A DNA stretch of 64,000 nt from Phoronis australis (Eukaryota > Animalia > Phoronida), in NCBI GenBank assembly GCA_002633005.1, contig NMRA01000342.1, positions 1 through 64,000 on the forward strand. Reading direction: 5' to 3'. Both the position numbers and the translations under genes were made by a program. Below are positions 39,500 through 53,059 of this stretch, piece by piece; position 1 is the stretch's first letter; every line of letters begins with the position of its first letter. The notes beneath the pieces are model-generated. The model searched no databases and was not told the origin of the DNA. It saw only the letters and a list, made by a program, of their open reading frames with translations.

Positions 39500-39700
39500 A
39501 AATGGTCAAACATCTGTCACGTAGTTTCCAAATGTACTGTGGATAGAGCATCACATTGGTTGCAGTTTAGGGCTTTCCACAAAAGTTTAGAAATAAACTC
39601 TTTCCTTCAGAAACTAAAATTTAGTGATCGTGATACATGTACATGTAGTGCATATTACCTTAAACTAGAGACATTGCAACACATTTTTACGACTGTCATG
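39500..39700 (+). mobile_element. Tx1/L1-type LINE zf-RVT fragment
   Basis: TVDRASHWLQFRAFHKSLEINSFLQKLKFSDRDTCTC...ETLQHIF matches the W.Q.R..H..L.TN..L.K....D...C..C....ET..H.F zinc-binding region. Confidence 0.75.
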
Positions 39701-40159
39701 TTACTAAACAAAGTACACTCTGGAAAATACCAACATTCATAAAAAGAGACCTGGCATGTAGTATGATAGGTTGTCGAAAGTGGTTCCACGATTGGAAACG
39801 TCAGACTCGTGACCTTTGTCTGAATAATTCTTAACATTTATTGATATCAGCAACATGTGAACAACAAACAAGAATGGTGAAGATAGGTTAACATGAATAG
39901 AAATGTTCTGTATAAGTAATTAATATGCCAGGAAGCGTATTTCGAAAGTATGTATATTGACCGTCATCGAGTTAAACAGGAAGCCCAGTCAAGAACAGCC
40001 GGAAGAGTGACAACAAGGTAACAAATAATTGTTTGCACAACCAAATATTGTTAAAAAGCTCCTATGGAACACATTTCTGATACTAAACAACATGTAACCA
40101 CTCATCCCTATGAGCGAATCCATGTAAATGCTAGCGCCAAGCCGTGTTGGAACTCTCTG

Positions 40160-43100
40160 TCACTCTTCTGGAAAATTGTTTCGCGCAGCTTCGCGCTCTT
40201 CCTTCAAAAAGTCATGGTGTGGTATCCATGACGACAGTGACTGAGCAACAAAGGGAGGTCTGCATGTCTCCGCTCTATCAAGCTCCACGTTGTAGTCACA
40301 GTAAAGAGGACGATCGGGTTTTGTGTCGACCTGCTGAGCGGTTATGAGGTGTTCATGACCAAGTGTGTCCACCTAGAAAGTTTCAAACAAACTCTCATTT
40401 GCACGTTCAATAATCGACGTGATGGAATGTGAATGATAATGAAAGTAGACGCCAATGAAACATCCAATGTATAAAGTCAACGGATTATCTAGTGAACTTA
40501 AGTGTGCGTGCACAGAATTGTAACAGGTAACTGAAGTTCTGCATGTAGTAATCTTCATCGAAAAAGTGGTATGCAACATATACCAAGGTGACTAAAGTTC
40601 GGTAAATTCAACAAGTTTTCCAGACAGATGAAACATAAAAAACAACAGCATGAAATTGACCTTCCACCAAAATTTTTAGCATGTCGCTGAGACAAGATGT
40701 TTAATTCAATTAAGGCGTTGGTACTATATGTTAATTAGACAGGGTGGTCTTCTTAAATCGCGTCTTCTCTAAAAAGTTTTTGCTGAGCGCTTACTCGTTC
40801 AATCAAGTAGAAATACACCAGTGGCGGACCAAGGATACCATAACGGGGGGACCAACATGTTGCCTCGGGAAGTGGGCAAAGCGCGAAAGTTGTGGAGGGC
40901 GGGGATCGAGGATGTGAACCATTTGTTCAAGAAAACTATCGGTGGACTAAAAAAAAAAACAAAAATACGGGAACACGATTCCGTCCGAGCCCCCCACCCC
41001 CTCCCCTGGTCCGCTACCGTGCCTTGTTACTGAACTCAACATTTTCTCACGCTTCACGTTGCTGGTGTTTCATTTTGCTTCCGACAGCCAAAGGGGGGGA
41101 GCGGGCCACTTGGGCCCCCCGCCTAAATCCGCCTCTGTATACACACGTTCTCTTGGGTACAACAAATACTTTTAACATTGCCCGCGGTTTAGTGACAATT
41201 ATCATATTCTTTTTATTTTTTGATTGAGCGGACACCTTTGGATAGACGCAGTCCAATCTCAGAGTGACTAATAACCACATCGCGTGGTTGTCAGAACAAA
41301 ACATGAATGTGCAGGATTGCCAAAGAAAGGTCATAAGCTGTGAAATAGGATAAAGACTGAACTAGCCTCTCTTGCGAATTCCCCGGCCCTGGTGAAAGCT
41401 TCATTGTGTGACTGCTGTATGCTAGTGTAAACTTTTTCCAAAGTATTGCTCCATCTTTTGGAAACCTCTGTGACTGAACAGTGCGATACCGCACCGTTGT
41501 CTCTTATCTGTAAGATCACAAAGGTACGTAAAATCTGATACGCGGTAGGGAGCGGGGGTGGGTGGGGACGACGGTGAGGAAGAGATAGAAAAAATCACGT
41601 TATGTAGGACTCTATAAAAATGACCAAATCTGGCTGACTTCGGAACATCCTATTTCATAAATGGGTGATCAGATCCATGTGGAACTTTCAGATTCCAATG
41701 CTTTATACATGCACACAGTTCTTAAAATGTTGCTAGAAATTGTATTAAGATGTCCTACACTTGCTCTGTGCACATGCGAAGGTAAATCGATCGCATTGAA
41801 ATAGTGTACCGAATATCCACTGCAGTGATTGACTCAACTCTGCCCATGGTGTTCTCGTGCGTAATTACATGTACGTTGACTAACTCACCGTATTAAAATC
41901 CAACAAAATGGAGAAAAAGGGAATTGTACTAAAACACCCCACGACCTTCTCGACCCACGACCTTCTCGACCCTCGACCTTCTCGACCCTCGACCTATAAC
42001 CCCCTCGGTCCAGTCTACACAAGCTCGACTCAATCTGACCATAGAACAATCGCTGACTTGCAGGACCAAATCAAAGGCCTACTAACGGTACAAACGTTCA
42101 CGGCAGAGTGTAATCGTCCAGTCTGCTCATCAGTGAAAGGCAGATTCAACCTTTTTTGCGGAGAGTGCGAGGAACCGACAAAATCACTAAATGCAGTTTG
42201 AAAAACAAAATGTTAAGTGAACAGTATTTCAACGATATGTGGATTATACTATGAACGAGCATGAAACAGAAAGCAAACAATAAAACTGTGAAATTATGTA
42301 CATGTACATTCATTTAACGTACTATCTCCCCTAAGTTTAGTAGAACTGGGTCGTTGGTAGCCCCCTCGTGGAACTATTTTCCGTTAGCGCGCTCACAATG
42401 CGCTATTTCAGATCACATTCTCACGACACTTTCTGTTTTTAATCACCACAGCAGACTCGCGCGTAGGGCGTGTAGGTATCGTAATGTCTGATAGGAAAGT
42501 CTCTCACCTACGTAATAAGATTATGTAATAGGTACATGTAAAAGCCGCAAAGTACCTCCACTGCCACAGGTCGAGGCGGTCGTGGGTCGTGGGTCGTGGG
42601 TCGAGAGGGGTTGTGGGTCGAGGGGGTTGTGGGTCGAGGGGGTCGTGGGTTGAGGGGTGTTTTAAAACAATCCACGAAAAGGTCCACATAGGAAACAATA
42701 TGGTTTTCAAGGTAGCGTTGCCATGGGACTTAAGATTACGAAATTGTGATAGATATACAAGTATGAACTACAAAGACTTCTTCGAAGAAATAAGAATGAG
42801 AAAGTCGGAAACAAGTTAATTCCCACGCCAATGCCGCCCAGGTTGCTAACACCGAGATTTTGCCGAAGTATCCCATTTTCACCCTCACGCTTTACATGAT
42901 CTTACATTTATAAATTTACCTGTACCACTGACTGAGGACTTGACTGCAGAGATCGGCTTGGTTTCATCACCTCGGCTGAAACTTCGAAATTAACTCCCCT
43001 GGAAACAAAGATTTGAGACAAGCGGATGAGATGATTTACTCCATCGGGCTTTCATTCTTGTACGTGTACAAGATTGCGCGTAAAATGTCTTTATTAAGAT

Positions 43101-46100
43101 AACGCTAAAAATAGTTTTAGCATAATGGGGAGGGAAACAAAATATGATAGCAACATAATTGGACGTTGCTATAAAAGGACGACAATTTGGCGTATTTAAT
43201 TTCTCTGGCCAAAATACACCATGAGCGTGTTTTGAGACCATGAAACGACTTGAAGTAATCATTGTCGCCCACGGCACTTTATCAGACATCTCCGGTATTA
43301 ACAAAGCCAGGTAAATTAAGTGCCAATGATACCTTAGCCGGGGCAAACTGACCTCAAATTCAGTCTTTATAACTTACATAACATAATGAGCTAATTACCT
43401 CATTGCTTAAAGTTACGGGGATATGAAACCAGTTTGTATAATTTGTTTGCAAAAGGAGGACATTGAAGAATGACCCATAGCTACATGTGCAGTAACACAG
43501 CCAATCGTTCCACAGATTTAGCTGCATAATGACAAGAGGAAGCGGTATTGTTTTCCCACCAGGTGCAATTTCGTAACGACACATTCATTATCGATTATAT
43601 GTTTGATGAAAATGTAAGTGTAAGGGCTTCAGCTGCATTTACAGTGATTCCAGCGGAGGCAAGTCAACAGGTATACAACATGTCGCGGTGACTTAGTGAT
43701 CACAGGGCCGGTCTCGGACACTAGTCCACGAGTCGCAATATCTAACTACAGTGTACAAGCATGGATTGATCGTAACTACATGTATTAATGGTTGATTTCT
43801 TACTCTAGACCAAAGATACACGAACGCACCATAATTTCATTGATCTGGTGCCACTTAGGTATACGAACTCAACTCCAGCGGCTGAGTTAATTGTTCAAGC
43901 CATATTTTGTCATTGGAATGTTAACTTGAACAGGTTCGGGTTTGAAGAAGGGTCTATTCGTGTGAAACAGCCCTGAATAACATTTCTGCCGAACTCAACG
44001 TTGATACATGTAATTTACTCACTCACGAGGTTACACTCACGCATCATACTGTAGCTTCTAATTTTGTCCTGTTTAGCCGGCTAAAAGCGAAAAGTAAATT
44101 AGACCTTTTATTCTCGTAAAAATCGGTCGCATAATTTCCCTGATCGTGATAGGATTCTATTTCCATTGTCAATATGAACACTGAAACCATCAACGACTCA
44201 AGAAAATGTTTCTGAATTTATTCCATTTTCGTTTTTAGCCCGCTAAACAGGGCCAAATGCAGGTTGTCTGATTGGATTAGCATTATATTTGCCAGCACAA
44301 TCGCTATTCATGTACATGGAAAATTGTAGTCAAGGTTACTGAAGTTTCACGAGTGAAATTATTGCGTTTTAAATCGTTATCATAACCAGTGTTTTACACT
44401 TCTGTCTCACAGTTCAGTTCTTTTCCGTTTTAGCTGTGCCAGATGATTGTGGATGTCGCCACCTTTCGGGAAAGAAGGACGTCTAATTCTTTTTTCCGCT
44501 GCAGTTCGTTTCCTAAAAAACACAAAAATGACATGCATTTTCGCAAGTGTCGCACTAGGACCATACACATTTGCTAAAGGTCCTATCTTACGACTAGAAC
44601 GTTCAGCAACGGCGTTCTTGAAATAAAACTCACCTCAGTTTGCTTGGATGAGGTAACTCGGCTCTTTTCATCTTCATCAGATGTAAACTTGATCCCGACG
44701 AGTGACCCCACGCAACAGGTCCTTGACACGTGACCTAAGAAGAAATTGCGACTACCATAACGTACATTCCAAGTGATTTGAAACTAACATAACATTGAAA
44801 ATAGCGCTCTTTCTACCCGAACAATTCTAAATTGTGAGTCTTCTTCAATGATTTCGGGTGCCTTATCAAGTGAGCAAAACTAACTTCGATGCATAAACTG
44901 AAATTACAAGGACGTCAATTCGTAGAAACATATCTTGAAAATAATGCAGCGTTTTGTTTCAAGCACCTAATATTAGTTCGAGTTAGGCTTTGAGTTTCTC
45001 CGTCGCGTGAGATTTTGCGCAAAATTACATGTACGAAATGACGGATGAGGACACCATTTCGACAAGTCCGCTACCAACTACAATCTCTGCGTGCTACCCG
45101 TAGACGTGAGAACCTCGCGAAACAAAAAGATCATGCAAAATTTCGCCACGTATTACAAACGAAGCGAGTGATCCCATAGGCCTCGTTCTCAAGATCCCTG
45201 TCTCTCCAGAACTCAGCGCAGTGCTACTGTTAACCACCATCAGCCGACTCCATTACTATCCACTGCTGAGGTAAGACATCACAAAACAAATTTTCGTCGA
45301 ATCTTATTTCTATTATACTTTAATGAAAAATGATTGACGATTGAAAAGCAGTCTGAAGCTGGTTTGATAACAGCTTTTAGATTTTAGGTGCGATGAAGGT
45401 CAACACTCGTATTTCTTGTTTAAGATTCAAACTCGGGGACACTCATGCCAAACGTTCTTCACACTGTTGGCAAGATTTCAGTTTTCTCTGAGAGGTACGG
45501 TTTGCATTCACTTGGATTTATACTTGCATAGCACGTTGTCTCTTTTAACATTACACAGATAACGTGGTCTCTTACCAAATCGGTCTTCTTGTTCAATTCG
45601 AAATCGTCTCCGATCATTTGACTGCCGACCACTCTACAAAATATGCAATTATGCAATTAGAACAGGCGATTTATTCATGTACCTGTCGCCCGAGTACAGC
45701 TTGACCAATGAAGTGACTTTTTAGTATAGTCATTTTGAGTCTGTCAATCCGTTTAATCATATTCCAAGACAAGAGAATGGGATGGTTACATGCAAGCCCT
45801 GGGCCTCAGACGATGACGTCGATGGGGCAATATCGCTAAATTAAAGTGCTTGTTATTTTGATTTCTACAGAAACGTTTTGACACCAGGACAAAACTTCAT
45901 CATGACAAGTGGGGAATGTTCGAGCTTTCATCGATGTCTAAACATGTAGTTAATGTCTATTCTGTGTCATGCACCAGACCATCTTAACCACTACACACAA
46001 GGGGTCCCCCTGAAAAAGAACATCAAAACCATCAGCGAATCAAGGAAAGTTTTACAGTTAATTGAAGTAAGCCAAACATGAAATTGCGAATTCGTGCATG

Positions 46101-49100
46101 TTGCTGGTACATGTGCGCCGCTAGGGCTTGCGTGTGACTTCAGTTGATATCAGAACTAGACTACTATCACGGTACGGAATATTATGGCAAAGATTTTATG
46201 ACCGCAAACACTTTAATTCCATAGCGGAGTTGCAACGCCGCCATATTGGAAATGGGTCATAATATTGCAAAGTGGTTAAGCCGGAAAACAAGTACGTCGG
46301 CAAGCGTGGGGGCGAACCAGCCACAGGGAGGCTATACGTGTTGTGTGCCTGGCTGCTATAATACCAGTTAGCGAGATAAAGAATTTAGTTTCTACCTGTT
46401 TCTGGCCAAGGATCAAGAACTGCGTTAAACATGGGTCATACACATCGGTAGAGCTTGTAGCAAAGGCCGACTTAGTGAATTCTTTCCGACTTCGTAACAT
46501 AAATTATGCAGCGCTCATTTTGAAGGAGGCACGAAAACGTATTTTGGAAATTGCCCAACAATATTTCCCTTGAAAGAAACAGTAACAAATACTTCATGGC
46601 GGTTGGTAGAGAAAAAAACTTGTTTTCGCTTGACCAGTACCAAGCCAACATGAGCAATTTTGGGGATAATCACGGCCTCTGCTGTTCTCGGTCGACTCAC
46701 TTAACGTACGCACATATGCATTAACGCGCTAAGATAAAGCGTGCAGAATTAATATTTACTGTCTACAAAATTGTGGTGCATTGCTATCAAAATCCGTTGT
46801 CAAATTACGAACATTTTTCAGAAAATTGTCCTGAAATCCCAGGGCGAAATCTTGCCGATAAATGCGTAGCTGCCGGTCTCGCAATTGACCTATCGCAAGC
46901 TCCGCCCCTATGCAAAAAGTCACGTGATACCCGACATTCGAACGATATATCAGAGGCAAATACATGTCGCTAAACGACGTTCCTGGTGGAATCGATGAGT
47001 GTTTTTGCCCTATATGAAAACGCGTCGGCAAAGACAAGAGGCGATGCTTTTCAACAGTGAATCGTACGTTCATGATATGGGAATTTGTAAAGGTGACGAT
47101 GAAAAAATGGCTCGAGGAGCCAGCGAAAATCCGAAGAACCCCTCTGCCTTGGGACCACCTTCACCTAACAAATGACAAGGCCACTGATACGATATGTTCA
47201 TGTAAAGCTGGGTATGTACCTTAAAGTCGGATTATCTGTACGATTCCATAGATTTCATGATCTTTCGAATAAAATCAGTGAAGAATCACCGATATTTTTA
47301 TTCTGTCGTCTGCTAAATTTCGCCTAATAAAAAGTAGGTCACAGCTGGTGGGACTCCTGGAGTAAAGTACATGTAGGTCATAGATTACAGACAACACATG
47401 CACTATAGTCTCTGACCAGGTCGACTCGACAGCACTGAATACGCTTTTCTAATCTTGTAACGAAATATTTTGATCAAAAAAATTCAGGTTCATAGCTCAT
47501 GTACATGTACACATTCATCTCGTCCTAGGCAAACAGTTAGCTCCGGTCGGGTAGGTCTAGGGCTGTGTCTAAGTCAAGTTAATGTCTGGAACTCAGTGGC
47601 GTAATCTAGGATACCACAAGGGGGGTCCAACATGTTGCCTCGTGGAATTGGGCAAAGTGCAATTGTATGTACACAGTCGGCCCGAAAGTTGCAGGGGCCG
47701 GGGATTCAAACCTTTCGACCTTCTGTTCAGAGAATCTATCGGTGGACTAAAAAAAACAGGAACACCGGTCCTAGTTACTGAACTGAATATTTCCTCACGC
47801 TTCACGCTCTTGCTGTTTCGTTTTGCTTGCGGGGGGATGGGGCCCCTGCCCCCCCTAAATCCGTCTATGGAATTGTCCGTTTACACCATTAAGACATTTA
47901 GGCCTAACTTCTTACGAACTTGGCATTTTTTGTAGTTTCATTCCATGAAGATAGATTTCATTTAATTTTGAAAGTAGCATGATCACTATGTCGTGGTATG
48001 GTTACAAAAGATTACAAGTCTGGTGTGGTAGTTGCAAAAATAGGGTATTTACAAAAATAACTCAAATTCTTTTTTAAAGCTTCATAAATTTACATATCAT
48101 GTTTGAACAACTTCAAAATGAGCTCTGTCTAACTCTACAGACATAGTGTATACTAGAGGTACACGTCAAAAAGTAATTCAACAGTTTATTTTTAGTGACA
48201 ACAGCTCGACCAAGGCTTTGAGTTACCGGCAGTAATCCAGTGTCCCTCCCTGTGCCGATCGTATCTCTGAATTTTGACCGAGAGAGAAGTTCAGTTGAAC
48301 GCCAGCCTACGGGTTTATGAATAACAAAAATGTACCTCTGTTAGGTTGAAATAAATTAAAAAAACATAAAATAAAAATGTCCTTGAAAACAACAATTTCC
48401 GGGGACTATACCGCTAGAGTGCTGAGATCCAGTAGGTGTCGACACAAAGGCGGCCAGACGTAGGAAACTCGGGAGTCACAATCTGAGATAGCCCTTCACC
48501 ATAGCCACCAAGCTGAAAAGTGCGTATCTTGGAACTAATATATTTGTTTATTATAGCCATCGAGTTATCAAGCAACATCGCTAAGTTCAGCTGCTCGTGT
48601 GGCCGTACAGTTTGATCCATAGTTTACGCTTTTCAACATCATTTTTCGGCTTTGGACATGCCAAAAAATGACGGGATATTACTCTGGAGCAGCATAACGG
48701 CTGTCGGTGCTACACACGTCATATCAACACCGTTTTCCCATTCTTAGCGGACAATTTCTTGACCTATAGACTAAAGTAAGTTTTACTGGACTACGTGTGG
48801 TTTGTCGGGTATAATGGCGGCTTGGAAACGCAGACGAAAGTGTGCTAAGAATGCTTTGTTCTGATTGGTCCATTAAGCCGTCCGTCATAATCCTGACGAT
48901 AGGTCAATCGTCGATGGGGCTTGAATTCTTGAATAAGAATACAGCTTCGACTCAACAAATTACCTGAAATCCTCCTCAAGTTTTCCAAATAGCGTGCCTA
49001 ACTAAGATTTTTAAGTTCTTGTGGAGTCTGGATTACTGCAGATAAAGTCCAAATCTGCGCTAGATTGTAACCCGCAACACGAGAACGATCTCTGGAGGAA

Positions 49101-51469
49101 CACAAATGTTGTTTTCACGTTACGTTTTTTAAGTTTGTATATGTGTGTGTGAGAGTAAGCGTGCGTGTGCTTGTCATCGGAGTTCATTTGCCAGAATAAA
49201 TGCGATGTAATGATCTAGGTGTGCATTGTATCCAAAGAAATTAACTCAAGCAGTCAAGCAGAGCGTGTTTTAATATTAAGCTTATTTTAATATTTAGCTT
49301 AACACTTGCTGGCCTCATCTGCTAAAAAACGTTCGAGAATTGTTTCGATAAGACCGATATGTCACTCACTGAGTCACCGGGTGAGTGGATGCCTGACCGT
49401 AGTGTAACAGATATTTTCCAGAAGATTCTGGGTGTAAGGGTGTGAATGTGTTCACTATCAGTGGGTCATTTTGACTTTAAAAACACCAATTATGATTAGT
49501 TAAATAATTTCTCTTAAAAATAATGCAAACAGTTTTTACGGTATTAGAAACTTTCGGAAATTAGTGCAAATATTTATTTCTTGCCGATGCTATGTTACCC
49601 GTTTCATGAATAGATAGTTCCCGACTAAATGTCTTCGATGACAGCCGGTGCATTATGCAGCGCGCTCTTCGTGGCCGCGTGCTAACACTGGTCGAGTTTT
49701 TTTATTAGTCTTCTATTCACGGTTTTCACGTGTTCAAAGAAGTTTGGATTCCTGTTGAGGCCGGAGAAGATCTGTACCGGAAAGAAACAATGCAATCCCG
49801 CTGACAAGTACGCTGCGACTGTTTTCAAAGTCCAGACCCGCGTAGTGGGGCACGGCATCCCTCGCAAGAGCAGCAAAACTTTTACGTTCTTTTTGCATCG
49901 CGGCGTAAGTTTGAAGTGTATACGGGCATAACGGTGAGGCTCGTGGTCTACAAATTCAGGACTGTCGGATCTTTCAATTGATAAATTGGAGACGTTAGAA
50001 CTGTTGGTAAGGCATTTTTCGCATGTAGTTCATGTGCTGGGCGCTTATTTTAGCAAAGTCTAAAAACGCGTTGGGCGCTCATTATGGCGAATAGCGGCAG
50101 AATTACATACAGCAGCGTAGTTAAATACACACAAATCACACGTCGTGCAAACCAATCGGCCATTCCATATACCCCAAACCAATCCCAATAGCCTTTACGC
50201 ACTCTAATTTCCGGACATGCGCAATCGATGAATCGATTCGGTTGCAACTCCGCTATTCAAGTTTAGCCAGACATGAAAAAATGCAGTTTTAAGCAATGTT
50301 TTCATCTAAATCCTTAATATTCAGTCACTTTTCGCGAAACGTGCACCAGGTGTTTTCAGTTTCCCCAAACGTCAACAGTAACTTACAGTGGCCACTGCCC
50401 GTTGTCGTTTCCACAGGTGCCACACGTTTCTTTCACGGTTGCCGGAGGATTTAGCCGCCTCTTGGCTGTTACAGATATCCTTTAAAAATGAATACGTCGT
50501 TTATAATTTAACTTGTCTAATACAATAACTATATGCCATTTTTAAACAACCGATAAACACAATGCCAGCACTGATATGTAAACCAATTAAATTAGTCACT
50601 GTTTTCATGTAGTCTATGAGATCTTCAGATAGTTCTGCAAAACCAGTACTTTAAAAGCAAGCATCACATAACCAGTCTTCCGTCGATAAAACAACGCTTG
50701 CCTCACTAAACTAATCTCTACTTGTTAACTTTCTCATGCAAGACTTGGTAAGATTTTGCAACTCCCCGTGTTCCTTCAGTGTCAAGTCAACTATAGTTGA
50801 GCCTGGCTTCAACCAGCAGCAGAGGGTCCTGCACTCTGAATCTGAGCAAGAAACTTTTCAAATCCGCCTTACTATGGAAATTGCAAAAAATCAACAAATA
50901 TATTTTACCCAATTAGGGTTCGTAAAAACTTTTTAAGAGGAGTGTTAATTTACCTACCTACTGTTTGTACCAAGAAATGTGTCTTTCTCAGAAGGACTAC
51001 TGTTGTTACTCAAGTTAACTGACATTCCAGCAGCTTCAGCATATGTACAGGTATCTGTGCAATTCTTGTTGATCAAATGTGCTGGAAATTGCGACAATTC
51101 CCAAAACGTAGACATTTTGTCCCCATCTGGTGCAGCTTTACCGCAACCTCTGGTCAGTTTTCTCCTTGAAACGTCTGTGTCAGATGGCAACGCAGACACT
51201 TCACACTCAAAGTCGTTGGCACAGCAGAAACCAGTCGTTTGATTACGCATCTCCGTACGCGTATGTTGGGGAAACTCAATTAAGCCTTCAACGGAAATGC
51301 CCCTATTCCAAGACTTTCCTTCAACAAAGCCCGTGCCCGTCTTATAAGGAGAGGGTTGTTGAAACTGTTTATCACGCGACCAGTCCCACTCCTCTGTGAA
51401 GTCGCTTACGTCAACATTTTCCCACAGAAGAGTGTCATCGTCAAAATCAACCGCCTCCTGTGCCTCCAT
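40160..51469 (-). CDS. Multi-exon gene for an uncharacterised protein of roughly 420-490 aa (hand-built model)
   Basis: Phase-consistent exons: 51469-50958 (MEAQEAVDFDDDTLLWENVD...), 50479-50387, [49091-48964, 48534-48480], 48266-48227, 44734-44634, 44512-44411, 42998-42920, 41507-41367, 40372-40160. The 3' part reads ...PSKLR|KRTAAEKRIRRPSFPKGGDIHNHLAQLKRKRTEL|GVNFEV...VVQ|IRDNG...AGEFARE|VDTLGHEHL...FPEE*. Middle exons are least certain. Confidence 0.6.
40819..41137. mobile_element. hAT5-like MITE (intronic)
   Basis: tacac|cagtggcgga ... tccgcctctg|tatac; collinear with 47594-47869. Confidence 0.85.
41921..42673. mobile_element. MULE-like MITE with CGACC subterminal arrays and degenerate 9-bp TSD
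   Basis: gaattgtactaaaacacccc(acgacc..)n ... (ggtcgtg)n ggggtgttttaaaacaatcc; flanks agaaaaagg/acgaaaagg (7/9). Confidence 0.7.
44062..44258. mobile_element. Palindromic MITE
   Basis: tttgtcctgtttagccggctaaaagcgaaaa ... ttttcgtttttagcccgctaaacagggccaaa. Confidence 0.75.
47594..47869. mobile_element. hAT5-like MITE (intronic)
   Basis: gaact|cagtggcgta ... tccgtctatg|gaatt; shares ctatcggtggactaaaaaaaa and ctcacgcttcacg with the 40819 copy. Confidence 0.85.
49705..50100 (+). mobile_element. pogo/Tc1-type remnant carrying a decayed HIRAN-like ORF
   Basis: SSIHGFHVFKEVWIP..GEDL / ERNN / DKYAATVFK...VVGHGIPRKSSKTFTFFLHRG / RGLQI, followed by gggcgcttatt...gggcgctcattatggcgaatagcgg, a pogo-like TIR remnant. 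Confidence 0.65.
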
Positions 51470-52465
51470 TTACGCCAATCCCATGCACGTACTTGGTCAC
51501 TGCTCTTTATAAGTGGATGCGTTCATGTGCCAGTCCTTGAAAATCATCCCTTGGGTCAAATATAGTCCTTTGAATAAAGTTATTGAATGTTAAATCGATG
51601 TGTTGTATTTCACTGAATAATCATGACAGCCAGATTACCGTGACCTCTTTGCGAATTATGGGATGTGAATAAAGCGCAAACAAAATGATATGTTTATGCT
51701 GGTTTAGGTCCAGGTGCTTATGTCTGAGACAAAACGTTTTCCTAAAGCCTTTTGCTAGTGTTTCGCATGTACAGTAGGGGCATGGACTTAGGCTCACTTA
51801 TACGCACAAGCGACTATCCCAATGCGCATGTGCATAACTAAAACCTGGATGTTTTTGTGCGTTTTTCGGCTTTTTATCTTTTTCATTACATATTTAGTGT
51901 TAGGGGGATTATCGGTTGTGTTGCCGAAAAAAGTGCATTTTTGGGATTACTGATGCATGGACTACACTTCTTTAAGTTATAAAATTTCACTACAGTTACG
52001 AAGCAACAAATTCTGTGTTTTGTGATATCATTACAAATCGCCAATCTCCGCCATTTTCAGCAGGACAGACGTTCAAATAAACGTCAGTAACGATTGACTT
52101 AGTTTCGTCAGCAGAGCAACCGTCGGGTTTGCAGGTTTGATTGCCTACAGATGCTAATCTCTGAAAAACAATAAAAACGCTTCTGAATCAACGACTATCG
52201 TTTTGTAACGGGCAAGAACAGTTTCACACAAATAATAAGTTGAATATTTGTTTTTGCGTAAAGATGCAGCTACAAATATGAGCGATAAGTAAGAGATTGA
52301 TCATACATGTGAATGTCGGCAAAAGCATGTCAGACAATAAAATTTGGCTGATTAATTTTTTTTTACTGGTACTGCAGATACATGTATACGTTCTTATTGG
52401 CTACTGCAATTCGTGATTTTGAGTATGTTCAAGGATTTGAAAAATCAAATAAATACTGGGTGTTT

Positions 52466-52630
52466 CCTTTTATAGCGGTGACTGAGTATTATGACACTAG
52501 ATATAACAGCGCTAATACAAACATGAAGGAATAATTTTAGGAACGCAGCCAGCGTAGTTGGCGCAAAAACAATTTCATTGGCGCACACTGATTGGTCAAC
52601 TCGGGCCAACGGGCTCATTATAATTGGTAG
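52466..52630 (-). promoter_or_regulatory. Candidate core promoter of the minus-strand gene (TATAAAAG plus three CCAAT boxes)
   Basis: cttttata at 52467-52474 and attgg at 52577, 52591 and 52623, about 0.9 kb upstream of the acceptor at 51567. Motif match only. Confidence 0.3.
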
Positions 52631-52749
52631 TGAAAAAGGACACAAAACTGACATGACCCATAAGCCCCCCAAATTAGCACTTGGACATGAGGCCGTGTGG
52701 GGCAGTTCATCTACTGCATTAACACGTTTTTATATAATATCCCTGAAGG

Positions 52750-52980
52750 TAGGCAGTGCGCCTAGCTGGATAAGTGTTCCCTTCCTTTAAACGAGGTTGT
52801 TGGTTCGAGTCCCACTGGGGCACACTGCTGGGACCTTGAGTCAGGTCTTTAGTTCCTCAGATCGGTTTTAACTCTATATCAATAACGCATAACAATGGTT
52901 CCAGGGGATCAGTGACATGGGCCCACCATAGTGGCCTTCGCACGTCTTCCACAACGTGTACCAGACTGCGTGCAATAATT
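52750..52980 (+). mobile_element. tRNA-derived SINE, best-preserved copy, with a CORE-like central segment
   Basis: A-box-like cgcctagctgg, B box ggttcgagtccc, then gggaccttgagtcaggtc...cctcag. Confidence 0.75.
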
Positions 52981-53059
52981 TTTGTTATACATGTATGCAG
53001 TGATATCTTGGGATGTTGTATGGCAAATACAAGCACGCGGTAATATGACAGTAGATGAT

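Noticed and set aside
50979-51565. Plus-strand ORFs overlapping the 171-aa exon
   Set aside because: Antisense shadows of the minus-strand coding exon.
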